From positions 124,001 through 188,000 of the forward strand of contig JAQGDQ010002378.1 in NCBI GenBank assembly GCA_030141605.1: a stretch of 64,000 bases of DNA. Direction: 5' to 3'. The DNA comes from Tubiluchus corallicola (lineage: Eukaryota; Animalia; Priapulida). The position numbers and the translations under genes are program-made. Numbering within the stretch: position 1 is the first letter of the stretch; each line of letters starts with the position of its first letter. This document shows, in pieces, positions 39,675-53,033 of this stretch. The notes under the pieces are model-generated. The model made no database searches and was not told the DNA's origin. It was given only the letters and a program-made list of their open reading frames with translations.

Positions 39675-40124
39675 GCGGGATGCGCACACTGTATCTCGAC
39701 ACTAGGCGGAGGAGCTGCACAAGCAGCCAACGGTTAGAGGGCGGAGGAGGTCAAGAGACCCAACGGCCATGTGTAGAGGAGTAAACCTTCCAAATCAGGA
39801 GTGGAGCCCCGAAGGCGGACCAATGCAGCATGCTCACTGACTCCGGCACCTCCTGCAGTCAACCTAGTACTAAACGTATCGCTCTGCTTTCTCTGCACTA
39901 CACCAGGGAGGAAGAGAGGGGTTCCTGTTGTCTGGGCAACTCAGGATCTCCATACACCTTACCCAGGCGTGCGCCCTGGAGAAGCCACTCCAGTGGTTCA
40001 AGGATCGGACTGCTCAGCCACAGTCGACGCTGCAGCTCCATCAATGTGATCAATAACTGACTCTCTTAGCGCACACTCCATTGTCTTCCGAGACAGAAAA
40101 ATGCCAACAACAACAACATCAACA
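39555..40124 (+). mobile_element. 5S-headed SINE (SINE3 type), ~570 bp, with a GC-rich body resembling a Vingi/Ingi 5' UTR and a (CAA)n tail
   Basis: The 5S head runs directly into a ~430-bp GC-rich body without TTTT and ends ATGC-(CAA)n. The Vingi similarity is recalled from memory, not searched. No clean TSD. Confidence 0.7.
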
Positions 40125-41230
40125 GAGAGGTCTCTGGTTTTGCACTGACACACAAAACATCCCATTTCTGCATGTAATAAATAGCAAAGCCTGCAGAACG
40201 CATTTCCATTAATGAAAATAACTTAAAATCATCTACGTATACTTGTGTTTGCTTTCCAGCATCTTACTTGTGCAAGGAAAAATCCCCGGAATGTTGCCCA
40301 AACACATTTACAAGTTATTTAATACGTGAAACATTTTTTTGGCGTTTGGTTTTGTAGTTTTTCACATAAAATTTTTTAAACGTTCTGGGCCACGAGCATT
40401 TGCTATTTGAGTTAAGAAAACCAACTTACAAACAGTGAGCAAAAATTTGAAGCAAGCAAACAAAAAAAAACTCCGCAAACAAAAACACAAGACGATCCAC
40501 GTCCATGTGGTAACTTGCAAATAATCGATATCAAAGAGCCACGCCAGTGTTACACGAACAGCAGACATTAAGGAAATTTCAAACAACAGCGTTAGCGTTC
40601 TTATATATCCCAAGTTCCATGACAAGATCACCATTATTCCTGCTTTCCTCAAATCAGTTTATCGCATGTTTTTATATGTCTCTATAATTTACATGAGATT
40701 GCTATTCTAGTAACTACTTTTTTCGTTGAGTACCTGCGCTATTAGCAGGGGCGTATCAAGACTTTGCGACGCCCTAGTTCTGTGCTGCCCATCTCTATTG
40801 TGAATTTGTGGCTGTTAATGCAATGAGCAGATTAAACAATTACTTGTGGTGTATTAGAAACACTATTAACCTAGTTTCTACGTGATCATTCTTATTTATG
40901 TGTATTTGCACAGCGTTTATATTCGTGCAATTGCGCAACTGTTTGTTGTGTAATACCTTGCATCTGTTTGTTATGTGGTACATATATAGAAGGGGAGATG
41001 AGTAACTGCCTGTGGTGTGTTATAACATGCGCCGTTTACATGAATATGAAAGTATGCACATTTTCCGAGGAGAATAAGAATTTTGTCTAAAACGTGACGC
41101 TCCTCAAACTTTGGCGTCCTAGGCTATTATTAGAGATTACCAGAAAATGAACGTAAAGCGGATTATTTGTAACATTTTTCTCCAACAAAACAATTGCCAA
41201 AATCACATGGCTTATATATATATATATTAA

Positions 41231-42130
41231 TTCTTTATTTGTCATTAAAATGGCTCACTCATTATAATAAAATTGAGTAATCCTCAGCGTAATGTTAAAA
41301 TAACAACACTGTTCAAGACAAATGCGTCCAGTGCAGACTAAAAAAAAAACTAAAGTGCAAAACTAAGGCCTAATTATATGCAATAAATGAACATATTTAC
41401 AAACACAATATTAAAATATTTTTACAAAACAATATTACAAAAGTACATTAAATTTTACATGACATATTTTACACATATATACATTTTTCATGACACAACA
41501 GAAACATGCTTTACATTACATAAATTTCACTCATTACATTTTGTTAATGTTAACTCATTACTTTCACTATTTTTACATTTGACATTACAAAACTGACGTA
41601 ACACGTATTACATTACATAATTTTTTAAAAATTTTACTTTTTTAATCGTTTTATGGAGTCAGGGGCGGGGGTAGATGAAAGTTGAGTCTGTGTAATTAGT
41701 ATCAGATGCACAATGTGGAACTTGACACCTGTTATATTGATATTCTTTTAATTTCTTTTTAAATTGGTGGAGAGATTCTATTAGTTTTATGTCACTGAGT
41801 AGTAAGTTCCATAAATGTATGGCCTGTTTTGATATAGAGTTATTTCCAAATTTATTGTTTACTGTAATTTGCTTTAAATTGTGTGTTCTATTGTTTAAAG
41901 TGGTATCAGGAATGAATGCTAAGGGATTGTTTATAAATGGAATGCTCAGTTTATTGATATATTTATAAAGAAATATCAGTGTTTTGTAATCTCGATAGGC
42001 TTCTGATATTGGTATTTTTGCGGACGCTCTTAAGCTTGTTGCAGAAGCAGCATGTTGTTTAGCAGTTTTGTTAGAGGAGCCATGAATTAATCTAAGTGCG
42101 TAGTTTTGCATTGTATTTAGTTTTCTAAAG
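41231..42130 (-). mobile_element. 5'-truncated L2/CR1-group LINE (ORF2 C-terminus and 3' UTR)
   Basis: ORF 41659-42111 reads KLNTMQNYALRLI...RTHNL...FGNNSISKQAIHLWNLL-SDIK-IESLHQFKKKLK, a typical ORF2 end. The 3' UTR ends AATAAAG plus (TA)n. A second UTR copy is at 7366-7620. Confidence 0.88.
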
Positions 42131-45100
42131 TTTTCATTTTTAACGTTTTACGTTTTAACGAGTTACAGCTTCCTGTAACTCGTGCACAAAGACATTCATT
42201 CATAGAGTGTAAATAAATGAATCTCAGTCAAGCATTCACTTCTGCTAGGGACGGCCTAAAGAAAGGGCTCACATTTGAGACACATTTTCTTTTTATTCTT
42301 TGTTTAATCTTACCGTAATTTAATGCAGAATCGTTTTAATGCTTTATAAAATTATATTGGGTAAAATATTGGGCTAATATCGAACAGTGAGCTTCAAGGT
42401 TGTACCAAAAATAACAAAGTGGAATAAACTCTGTTTTTCTTCTCTTTTACTAATGAAAGGGTGGAAAAGGAAGGAAGGAAAAAGAGTGTCTATACTATCT
42501 TGTTATATTCTGTAAAAGCCTAAAACGAATTGTCCGACGTGTACGATATTGGCACATTTCACCATATATTTCAGCCAGTTTTAACTTTTTATTTATCGTA
42601 ATATCGTCTGTAGTTTGCATGCATAATTTACTTTAGTAACTGAGAAATTATTTTATCACTGTAATTTGTATTACGTAAATATAAATAAACACATAATTTT
42701 GGTGTTATTATGTATACAGAAAATGAAGTGGCAATCTCTTACTGATAAACACATGTTCTACAGACGCTTTTAATTCTTACAAACATCCTATGTCTCACTA
42801 ACCTCCATGCATGGAGCGCATCTCACCAAAAATAGCACTTTCCACAATCACCATGTTGTCTTGGTGATTTCTGATTTTTCAGCTGGTAAGTCTTGCAGCA
42901 CAGCTGTAAATAAATGGACTTATTCAAGAGAGATTCTAGGGCGGGAGTAGAAAACGAAAATAAGCGAACCTGAGCATCTAACTTCTGACCAAGTCTTCTT
43001 AATAAAGTTTGTTTTTATTGAAGCACAGCTTGCTTTCTTTAATGATGTTCTTTATGATGCTCGTATAAGAGAAGTCCCTCACTGGAAATGACGCTCCTCT
43101 CCTTTCTGGAGGAGACCGCTGTAATAGCTTCCACTGTCACAGGACTCTGTGGTGCACAGCCAAATTTTGCCAAAGTAAATTAAGACAACATCCAGTAGTG
43201 TAAATTTATTATCTGTTCATCGAATTACTGATATTATTGTCTGACAAAATCTCCTCAGAGTGTTAGATATTTCAGAACAAAAGCTTTAAAAAACGTTTCT
43301 AAGTTAAAAACATCCTCTGTTAATTGAGAGTTGTCACTTGAACTTAGTCTGCAGGTAATTGAGTTTTGGGTCTCAAGTGTCACGCTAATTGGGTGTCGTT
43401 TTAACATCCATTGTCATTCTAACCCTTTGTGCGCTGAATTTTCTATGTGCTAAGTTTACGTAACACCCAAGGTTACAGCAAGGTGGCGCTTGTTTAGCAA
43501 CTTTTGTAATATGATAAACAATCGTGATGACACATCAGAAACAACATGCAGTATCCAAAAAAGCAAATCTGCACGAAATGCAAGCTGTAATTAAAGACTA
43601 TGGCGGCACAAGCATAACTTCGGTTAATACGAACGATGCGCTTGTACGAATTATCCGATGTTCGCATAATACATACATTTTCAGCTGTACACTTGTCCTA
43701 AATAATTTCTGTTACATGCTAATCGTTTTTTTGTTGAATAAAAACTTCCTCCATACTGAAAGTTTTAGCTGACATTATAAACTTGTGTTTGTTTACTCAA
43801 CTTTAACTAGTGGCGACCAATAGGCAGTGCAAGTGATAAGCCGGTTAAGCTTGACTTGGCTTCAATTTTGAAACAAGTTTATCCCACGACAGAGGCAAGT
43901 AATTTTGTGCAGCGTACTCTCATGATTCACTCGCGCCAAGATGGACTGTGTACAAATAACGTTTATACATCGATAATATTTGTATTTGTGAACGGTTATT
44001 TGTTTTTCTAATGAACGAAGTTTAATAGACATGCAAATAAAAAGTTACCTCACTATCATGATTCCTTTAATAATGTCAACCAATCGCATTTTCGCTACCT
44101 AGTTGAAGTAGAAGTTAAGAATGCTGATGAAGCCATGTGCTAAATGTAAAGAACGTGCATTTGTGGACGAACATATATCTTTTATCATCTACCCATCGTG
44201 TTAAGTCAATGAGATTCTAGATGACCACGCAGTGTATGGAAGCAGAAGTAAGTGCAATTGTATCTTCACGAAATTCTAATTCTAATATGTGCACTATTTG
44301 GAGGTGGCGGTTTAAGATGAATGCATCTTTGAATTATTTATCGTATTTAAGACGCACCTTAATGTTTAAAATGGCTGCAAATTATCGATAGTTTGTACAT
44401 TAGGTCAGTCACGGCGTTATGCAAAAATAGGTATCCCAAATTGTCTCTGTAAGGTGTTGGTTAGCGTCTCGTGAGCACAGATTGAATTAAGAAATGTAGG
44501 CGTCCCAGAGCAACCGGTTATAGAGCATCTGGGTGAGTGATGTAAGCTCTCATAGCACAGTCCGCCAAACGCCTCTTTATTGTATTTTTTAGCAATTTTG
44601 AATCCTTTGATGACATATCGCTAATGGCTGATTAACTTAAGTCTAAGAAAGTAAGTAAAATGTGTAAATATCCAAAAAGTCATTCATTCATTCATTTAGT
44701 TAGTTAGTCAATCAGTAAGTCAGGCAGGCAGGCAGTCCGTCAGTCAGTCAGTTCGAAATAAATAGTTAAATCAAATCAGTGAGTGAGTGAGTCAATGAGT
44801 CAGTCAGTCAGTTAGTCTGTCAGTCAGACAGTCAGCCAGCCAGCCAGCTAGTCAGTCAGTCATGATTGTTATTATTGTTTTATCATAAATTTAGTTAATT
44901 AAAGTCAACAATGTGTAGTAAATGAACTTGATTATATGCACATTATGGAGGACCCTCTTACGTGGAAGCCCCGGAGCAGCAACCCCAGTGGCCCTGTCCT
45001 AAATCCACCACTGTGTGGGTGTCGCTTGCAGAATGATTGCTATATTTTGTCATTGCACTTTTGTGACTGAGATCAGCTCAGGAAGATTAATAACCACCTG

Positions 45101-45644
45101 ACAAGACTCAAGGACGAAATGCTCAACTTTTCTTGATGGAAGTTTGAGATGTTTCATCCAATTTCTTCTCTCCCACTTTAATTATTACCGTGCGTGATAG
45201 GAGCTGTATTGTTGCTCGATTTCAAAGGGTTTCACGCTCCGTGTAATTTCAGTGTTGTGAAAATGATAATCTTGGTCAATAATCTTGATCAATCATGTCG
45301 TGATGTGGACAAGCCTTCCTGTTTAATGCGGCCCAATAATTCAAGGATAATATCAGCATAACTTAGGGTGCGTATCCACTGCGCTCGCAATAGTCCGCAA
45401 AGACTCTCAGTTTTCATCACAAAATTTGCATATGTATGAATGCGCATATCCACGGAACCGCAGAAACCCCTCTAATTCCTTACAGAGACCACGCAGTGCA
45501 ATAATGACTCTGAGCCAATTTAATTCAAAACAGCAAGTTTTAAAATATTTCTTTGTTGATTAATTCTGCTTATATATATAAATTTATATTGCTTAATGTG
45601 TGTATGTATTATGACACGTTGTACAAAAAATCTATTGAGGTAAG

Positions 45645-46098
45645 ACAAGATGAGATGAGGTGAGGTGAGGTGGGACGAAATGAGATGAGATGAGATGAGA
45701 TGAGATGAGGTGAGGTGAGGTGAGGTGAAATGAGATGAGATGAGATGAGATGAAGTGAGGTGAAGTGAGGTGAAGTGAAATGAGTTGAGATGAGGTGAGA
45801 TGAGATAAAATGAGATGAGGTGAGGTGAGGTGAAATGAGATCAGTTGAGATGGAATGAGATGAGATGAAATGAGGTGAGGTGAAATGAGATCAGTTGAGA
45901 TGGAATGAGATGAGATGAAATGAGGTGAGGTGAAATGAGATCAGTTGAGATCAGATGAGATGAAATGAGATGAAGTGAGGTAAATTGAGATGAGATGAGG
46001 TGAGTTGAGTTGAGGTGAGGTGAGGTGAGACGAAATGCAATGAGAGGAGAGGAGAGAAGATGCGATGAGATGAGATGAGGTGAGATGAGATGAGATGA
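45645..46098. repeat. (TGAGA/TGAGG)n pentamer repeat with an internal 50-bp higher-order unit
   Basis: GAGGTGAGGTGAAATGAGATCAGTTGAGAT recurs at about 45822, 45872 and 45922. Confidence 0.93.
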
Positions 46099-46259
46099 CA
46101 TTAAAATAAATAGGTAATTGAATATTTATGTCCGGCTTTAACCAGAAGAAAAGTGTCACACCAGCATGCCTTCTACAGGAAAAACCTATACATGTAGCTC
46201 GGTACGTAAAGTTACGGCCTAAATCCATTCATTTACTTTTATGCATAACGTGCATTTAA

Positions 46260-46760
46260 AACACAAGAAAAACCATTACATTTATAAAGGTGAAAAAAAT
46301 TCGTTTTGAAATTTTGTATCACCTACGTATTGCCTTATAACTCATACAGCTTGTATTAGAAGCAATGCTGTGCAAAACTTGTAAATTTAACCTTCCGCAA
46401 TGAGACCGTTAAGAGCAGCCATTTTGACAGTAAGTCGTTTGAAACAAGTTTATATAACATTGCGTAGAATTTGAAAAATAGTCAGAGCATTCGTAGAGCA
46501 CACTTCACCATTAAGCAAAAAGATAAATTGTTGTATCTTCACACTAAGACTAAAAATACGTTTTTTGTGAGTCAGTGGTGCACATTGGGAAGGTGAGTCA
46601 GTGACATTTAACCAGTTGGCGCGAGCATTTTAAATTACAGTAAGAATTTTCGTTTCTACTTACGTAAGTCTCTCAAGCAGGTTACGATAAACAACATAGC
46701 TTTGTGTGTAAAGTATTACGTAGATTATTCTTTTTAATATTCTACACACTTAACATGTAC
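46260..46760 (+). mobile_element. Kolobok-like family B copy, left part
   Basis: TTAA followed by the degenerate TIR AACACAAGAAAAA. Homologous to the reverse complement of 2397-2827 and to 51870-52330. Confidence 0.7.
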
Positions 46761-46891
46761 ATGAAAAACGAAAATTTCAAATAATAAGCAACTAGTCCAA
46801 ATACCTAACAGCTGTAAGGCTCCATAACAAGTTTATTGTATAAATTTAAAATACTTTAATGCAGTAACAAATGGTTTCTCTAAACTAGGCG

Positions 46892-47227
46892 TTGACTAAT
46901 GAATATATTAGTTTTCTCTTTGTCTTGTACAACTTATAATGTTTACTTTGACTAATGAATATATTAGTTTTCTCTTTGCCTTGTACAACTTATAATGTTT
47001 ACTTTGACTAATGAATATATTAGTTTTCTCTTTGCCTTGTACAACTTATAATGTTTACTTTGACTAATGAATATATTAGTTTTCTCTTTGTCTTGTACAA
47101 CTTATAATGTTTACTTTGACTAATGAATATATTAGTTTTCTCTTCGTCTTGTACAACTTATAATGTTTACTTTGACTAACGAATATATTAGTTTTGTTTT
47201 CGTCTTGTACAACTTATAATGTTTACT
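46892..47227. repeat. Six-copy tandem array of a 56-bp unit
   Basis: TTGACTAATGAATATATTAGTTTTCTCTTTGYCTTGTACAACTTATAATGTTTACT starts at 46892, 46948, 47004, 47060, 47116 and 47172. Confidence 0.97.
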
Positions 47228-48093
47228 TATTTTGCTCTTTTTTCAAAGATTGTTTGAACCCTTTCTTACCACAACATTAAAAGTTTTTTAGAGTAAAAAA
47301 ATTATATTTTGTTCTAACAGTATTTCAGCCACATATCAGATTTATTTTCAAGCTTTCTTGCGTTGCGCGCGTGCTTAGCTGATGCAGTTTTTGCAGCAGA
47401 AAATGTCAGAAGGAAAAAATTTGTTTCTGTGCGTGTCTGTTTGTACTTTTAGTGGATACGTGGCCTTAAAAGTATAACTTAACTTACAGCATGTCATAAC
47501 ATTTTACATCATCATGTCAGACGATTTTGTGAGGATAAACTTTGAAAAACATCACTTAACGTGTTTAAAAGCAGCTAGATAAGTAAAGCTGGTGTAGAGG
47601 GTGTGATTATTAGCTGTGTGGTCACTAATAATCTCACTCAATAATCTAACTAATATTTAATCTTTGATAACGAGCTATGCACCGGTCTCGCCACAAACAT
47701 GTACATATAGTAGGACCTGTCGCTGAGTGCTGGAGCGCCATTTGGAAAGTGGCCAACTCTGCAGAGGCTTCGTGTACGTGAAATGTAGCAGACCTCTCTT
47801 TTATCAGGGGATCAACGTTATTATTCAAGAAGACTTGTCAGCAACGACATAGCTGAAACTAAAGTTAATTGAAATATTACTGGCACCCACCTATACCTAA
47901 CCCAGTTCAAGTCCAAATATCAGACTAAGTCAAGGCCAGATTAAAACATCAAGGGGCGAGAATCTACTAACAAAATGTTAATTGGCTTAACACAAGTTAA
48001 AAAACCTTGATCAGCACTGTGAGCTAGGTCAACGCTGGACCATCAGGTTTTGACCACCGCTCTAAGGGCTTTACATTGTTAAGCTCCTTTTAA

Positions 48094-48670
48094 AGCAAAA
48101 CCGGACCCAATGTTAAACTGTAAGTCAAAACAATAACATACTATTTTTTTTCAAAAATGACTTACGCGAAAGAATTATTACCACACAAACACAATTTCGC
48201 GTTGGCGCCACCAGCTTTTCGCTGTTACATACATTTCGCCATTCGCTAGTTGGACGGGCACTAGCGCCTGCATTTCGGAAAGAGTTGCAGAAAAAACAGG
48301 TGCTGTGCCTCTCAGTTCGGATGTGCTAATTTGTGACGAAATCTACACGTTCGACAGCTCTTGCGTGTGTACAGCGGTAAATTTGAAATTTGAATTTTTA
48401 TCTTAAAACTTGCCGAGTTTTACTACAACACACTGAATCTCTTACAGTAGCACTGTACTTCAATTTTCGCTTTCGGAAGCATGCGCTCAGCGAATGTTTT
48501 TGATGTTAAAAATTATGTTAGATGTTGATGTCATCACTTGTTAGGCTCGCCCGCCGTTAATTAAGATTTTAATATATTATTTATCAGAAATGCTTTTGCA
48601 CCTGTTAAAAAGTATACTACTTGCCGTACTTGAAAATGGGGTAGTATATGAAAAATCATCCTGTTTCCCT
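48094..48670 (+). mobile_element. Kolobok-like family A, copy 3 (577 bp)
   Basis: TTAA flanks at 48090-48093 and 48671-48674. Termini AGCAAAACCGGACCCAATGTTAAACTG...AAAATCATCCTGTTTCCCT. Most similar to copy 1. Confidence 0.85.
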
Positions 48671-49112
48671 TTAAGCCTGCAACTTGTACGTTGTAGCTTC
48701 CTATTCAGTCTGTGCAAAGAAGATAACCTGTAGTACAAGATTACGTTACGGCTTTTGTATTGCAATATCAACTTTCAATTTGCTAGGAAGGTCACGCTAA
48801 GTGTGCACAATGGACAATAGTAATTCACCGCCAGCTGAAAAGCCAAACTCAACAAAACTGCATGTAATGTCTAACGTATGTGGCAAACGACCAATGACTT
48901 CTTTGCTCCCTTTTTCTTCTCATGCATATGCGATTTTTTTTCATCGCGCGCATCAGGGCGGCTGACCTAACAACTCTTGCATTAAACTGAGCTTTTTTGA
49001 CAGATCTAATATTTATGTAAAATATGTTTTGCGTCCTCCTATCCGTGCATTATATTTATGTCAACTCATTCTGTGTTTATATTCTGTCTGTTTGTCTGTC
49101 TGTCTGTCTGTT

Positions 49113-49157
<45 letters not shown>

Positions 49158-50316
49158 GAATGTCTGTCTGTCTGAATGTCTCAACGTCCTGACGTTCTTT
49201 GTGGCAGCTTTATGCTGCTAATCATAGTAATTAACTCAACTGCTTAAAAAGGACATTTGGCTATTGCCAGTTCAAACCCTTTTATGTAAGAATTTATATT
49301 GCCAGCATATCTCGATAATAGACTGTCACCAGCCTGAAAAAAGGATTTTTGTTTTTGGCCGACTAAAACGTTTCTAAACCTCTTTAAGAGTTTACACTAC
49401 TAGCAGAACTAACCTAGCCCTACTATACATTGGCAATTTGGCTGGCATATTAATGGCAGTCCGACAAAATGATGATGATGATAAGTCTTTATTAGCCTTT
49501 TTTGCAGGCAAAAATTTCTGTACAACTATTAAAAAATTTTACATAGATACTAGAGTGAATTCTACAATATTACATGTTACGCATTCTGTAATTAGCTTTT
49601 CTAATTTGTGCGTGTAACCTTATTTACAGCGATGTTAAACAAGGAGTATTAAAGTGAGCGCTAAAATCAAGGTTATTAATGAAGCAAGCCGACAAAGAAT
49701 GCGTGTAGAATCTAAAAAAACATAATTTTGAGATTAGCTTGACCTTTGATTGCCCCGAGTTACACAGTTACTGTTACTGCAGAGATTGCGCGCACTGTTT
49801 GCCACCCCTGCATACTTCGCAGTAATTAACACGCAACACACGAGGAACTGCTCTAATGGTAAGGTTATATGAAGCCAATCTCGAACTTAACTGCTACCAC
49901 GTGAGTTTCGTTTTGCTCTCTGAGCGCAAAGGACGTAACGACGCAAAAATTGACAGGTTTCATCGCGCCGACGTGTAAAGTATAGACCGCCGACATCTCG
50001 GCGTTTTAACACCGGTTTTTAGGGTTTATCGCTGTGAAGTGCGGCTAGAAGTGATTTGTTATTTGTTCTCGAAAGTCGAAAATCGAAAAATGTTTGTCGT
50101 AAAGTCAAGTTGCTCGAAATGAGATGAACTGTCAAATAATTGACGCTTTTTTCCACATTTTGAGAAGCTTTTTGCGTCTTGATTAAGCTTTATCGCTAGA
50201 TGCAAAGTGAGTATACTTCGTAGTGGAATTAATTAACTCAATTTTGATATTGTATCACCACTATCACCACTGAGCAGCCTGTGACTAGTTCTTTACTACC
50301 TAAATTTTACCTGTCT

Positions 50317-50705
50317 CTAGTTAGACGGGCACCAGCGCCTGCATCTCGAAAACGTGTTGCAGAAAAAAAACAGGTGCTGTCCCTTTCAGTCCAGAGTTGT
50401 TCAGTTGTGACATAGTGCACACATGCGAAAGCTCATGCATGAGAACAGATGTAAACTTGAAATTTGAATTTTAAACTTAAATCACATTGATTATTGTACA
50501 GTAGCAGTGTACTTCAATTTTTTTTTACGAATACGTGCAGTACGCTTGTGGATGTCATTATTATTTGGGCTCACCAGCCGTTAATTACGTTTTTAGCTTA
50601 TTATTTCATTATCAGAAACGCCTTGGCGTGATTATAAGCGTTAAAATGTATCTTTTTCCCGAACTTCAAAATTGGGGAGGATATGAAAAATCATCCTTTT
50701 TGCCT
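50317..50705 (+). mobile_element. Kolobok-like family A, 5'-truncated copy 4
   Basis: CTAGTTAGACGGGCACCAGCGCCTGCAT...AAAAACAGGTGCTGT...ATATGAAAAATCATCCTTTTTGCCT-TTAA. Confidence 0.75.
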
Positions 50706-51869
50706 TTAAAAGAACGAAGCAGTGAACGCTCTATCATATGTTTAATACGTTTGTACATTTGTAATCAACTGTGAATAATCTTGGTTTTTTTTTCTGTGTT
50801 TAAATTTCGTTATTCGTCTCACTGGATATTAGCGAGTCTTTAATTGTAATTATAGATTCTTGAGAAACTGAAGTAATTTATTTGTCACTTTTGTATGTAG
50901 AACAAAGCGATAACGTCGAATTAATCCTTTATTACAAAGATGGATAGTTTATTACGTATTGTAACCAACTAAAATTGACCATAAAATTGATATTTATAAA
51001 ATCGTGAAATAACATTATGTAACGCATCTATTGGATGGACTACAATTTTTTCTTAATATTTTAAGCTACCTGATTATTTTTGCTGAACCATATTATGCAG
51101 AACTTTAGTACAAGAAAGCTAACACTACATTATGGAAAATGTTTTTTCTTATTCACGCGTAGGCCTGTTATGTACTGCAGCCCAAACGTTAATGGACGCT
51201 AAATAATGTAGTGTCTAAATTATTTGCTATAACAATTGCTCGATAAACAAACACACCTTGACAGCGCGTGTATGTGTGAGCAGATATCTGTGTTGTCATA
51301 TGCGCAAAAGCAGAGCTAAAATGTTGTGACTTAGTGCATTGCACAGATAATCTGTGACATTTTGTAGTGTTTTGTTGGTGACTTTTCCCGAAGTCAGCAA
51401 TAATTTTAAAGCACAAGTCACTTGCTTAGAACGATATGCAGCCAGCTGATCTAAAACGGAAAATTTTCTTTAAAATAATAATTTTATATACGAGCGTATC
51501 GTTCTTACAAATGTTCTCATTTGTATCATTGCTAAATGTTACCAGCTGTTAGAGAAGAGAACAATATAAACCTCCATAAAGAGCCATTTCATCAACCATC
51601 CACTCATTGTACTGGGATACTCATCACACACCGTATATAATTTTAGAATTTCAATCTAGCTGTATATAAGCTACAATTACAGCATTAATGAACCTTAATA
51701 TATATTAGTGCATAACTATTTAGTACAGATTGATATTTTTTTTGAAAATTGTCACAAGTTTCTATATTAACTTGCATGTGTGACAAAGTAGGTGGCCAAA
51801 TTTGAGCTTCCTCAAACTAAAAAAGGGATACCCTTGTGCCCTCCACAATACCGTCCACTTACATAAAGC

Positions 51870-52468
51870 TTAAAAAATTCGTTTTCAAAATTTATACCAC
51901 TTACGCACTGTCTTTTTGCATGCAGAGTTTGCGTCGGCCTTAACGCTGTATAAAACATGTAAATTGAAACTCCCACGATGACAGTTAGCAGCAGCCATTT
52001 TGACGATAAGTCATTTGAGGCAAGTTTAGATAACACTGAGTAAAATTTGGAAATATAATCTGAGCATTCGTAGCGCACACGTCACTAAGTAAGTAAAATT
52101 TTAATTTACTGTATCTTGTCAATAAGATTAAAAATATGTTTTTTGGTTAGTGAGTGGTGCACCCTGGAGGGTGAGACAGCGACATTTTACCTATTGGTGA
52201 AAACATTTTAAATAATTAAATATTTTCTATTCTAGTTACGTAAGTCATTTAAGCAGGTAAGCGAAATGCTAAGTAACATAGCTTTGCATAGAAAGTTTTT
52301 TGGGACATAGTCTAACATGTACTTTTCTTCCCCTGATTTACGTTGTGCATATATGACATCAGGTAATGAGGACGCGATCGGTACAGTGTCGGGGGGGGGG
52401 GGGGGGGAGTATTTGAAATGAAACAAACAAAAAATCCTTTCAACGGGAGGTACCCCTTTTCTTGTCCT
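51870..52468 (+). mobile_element. Kolobok-like family B copy with an intact right end
   Basis: Homologous to 46290-46760. Ends CTTTTCTTGTCCT-TTAA (TTAA at 52469-52472). Confidence 0.7.
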
Positions 52469-52844
52469 TTAACATAAATAGCCTGCCGATTCACTGCATC
52501 ACTATACTAAGACAGAGATTCTCAAAATCATATTTCTTGCACTTCGCTTGGTTTCCCCGGTGTCTTCAACTCTGGCTCTTGGCACCACCCCTGTCATATA
52601 TGGCCTTTTCACTATGTTACTGTTACAGTGGCAATTATTAAGACAACTAAATTTACGATGTTTTTTTCAATCAAGTGAAAAAAGAAATCCTTATTCATAC
52701 AAAGACTGTATTCGATTTTAGAGCCTAATGGCGCGTTGTTAAGTGCTGCCAAAAGAAATATGGGTAAATGCGAAATGCTCATTGGATGCAGATAGAGATT
52801 CTTTCTCTCGTACGTATTTGTTTGGCATATTATTATTTTTTATT

Positions 52845-52998
52845 GTCATTATCGTTAGTTATCGTTATTGTTATCGTTATCGTTATCGGTATTGGTATCG
52901 TTATCGTTATTGTTATCGTTATCGTTATTGCTATTGCTATTGCTATTTTGATTGTTATTGTTATTGTTATTGTTATTGTTATCGTTATCGTTATCGTT

Positions 52999-53033
<35 letters not shown>

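Noticed and set aside
45098-45125. Hammerhead-like CTGACAA-GACTCAAGGAC-GAAA
   Set aside because: The core G8 is missing, stem II pairs poorly, and I found no stem I or III partner.
46892-47227. CRISPR array
   Set aside because: The units are contiguous with no unique spacers, the context is eukaryotic, and there are no cas genes. The same applies to the 16-bp repeats at 57650-57850 and the 23-bp repeats at 32951-33103.
45365-47466. A 2.1-kb Harbinger element bounded by GGGTGCGTATCCACT and AGTGGATACGTGGCC with TTA flanks
   Set aside because: There are three mismatches in the outer TIR and the interior is unrelated repeats. These are more likely ends of two separate elements.
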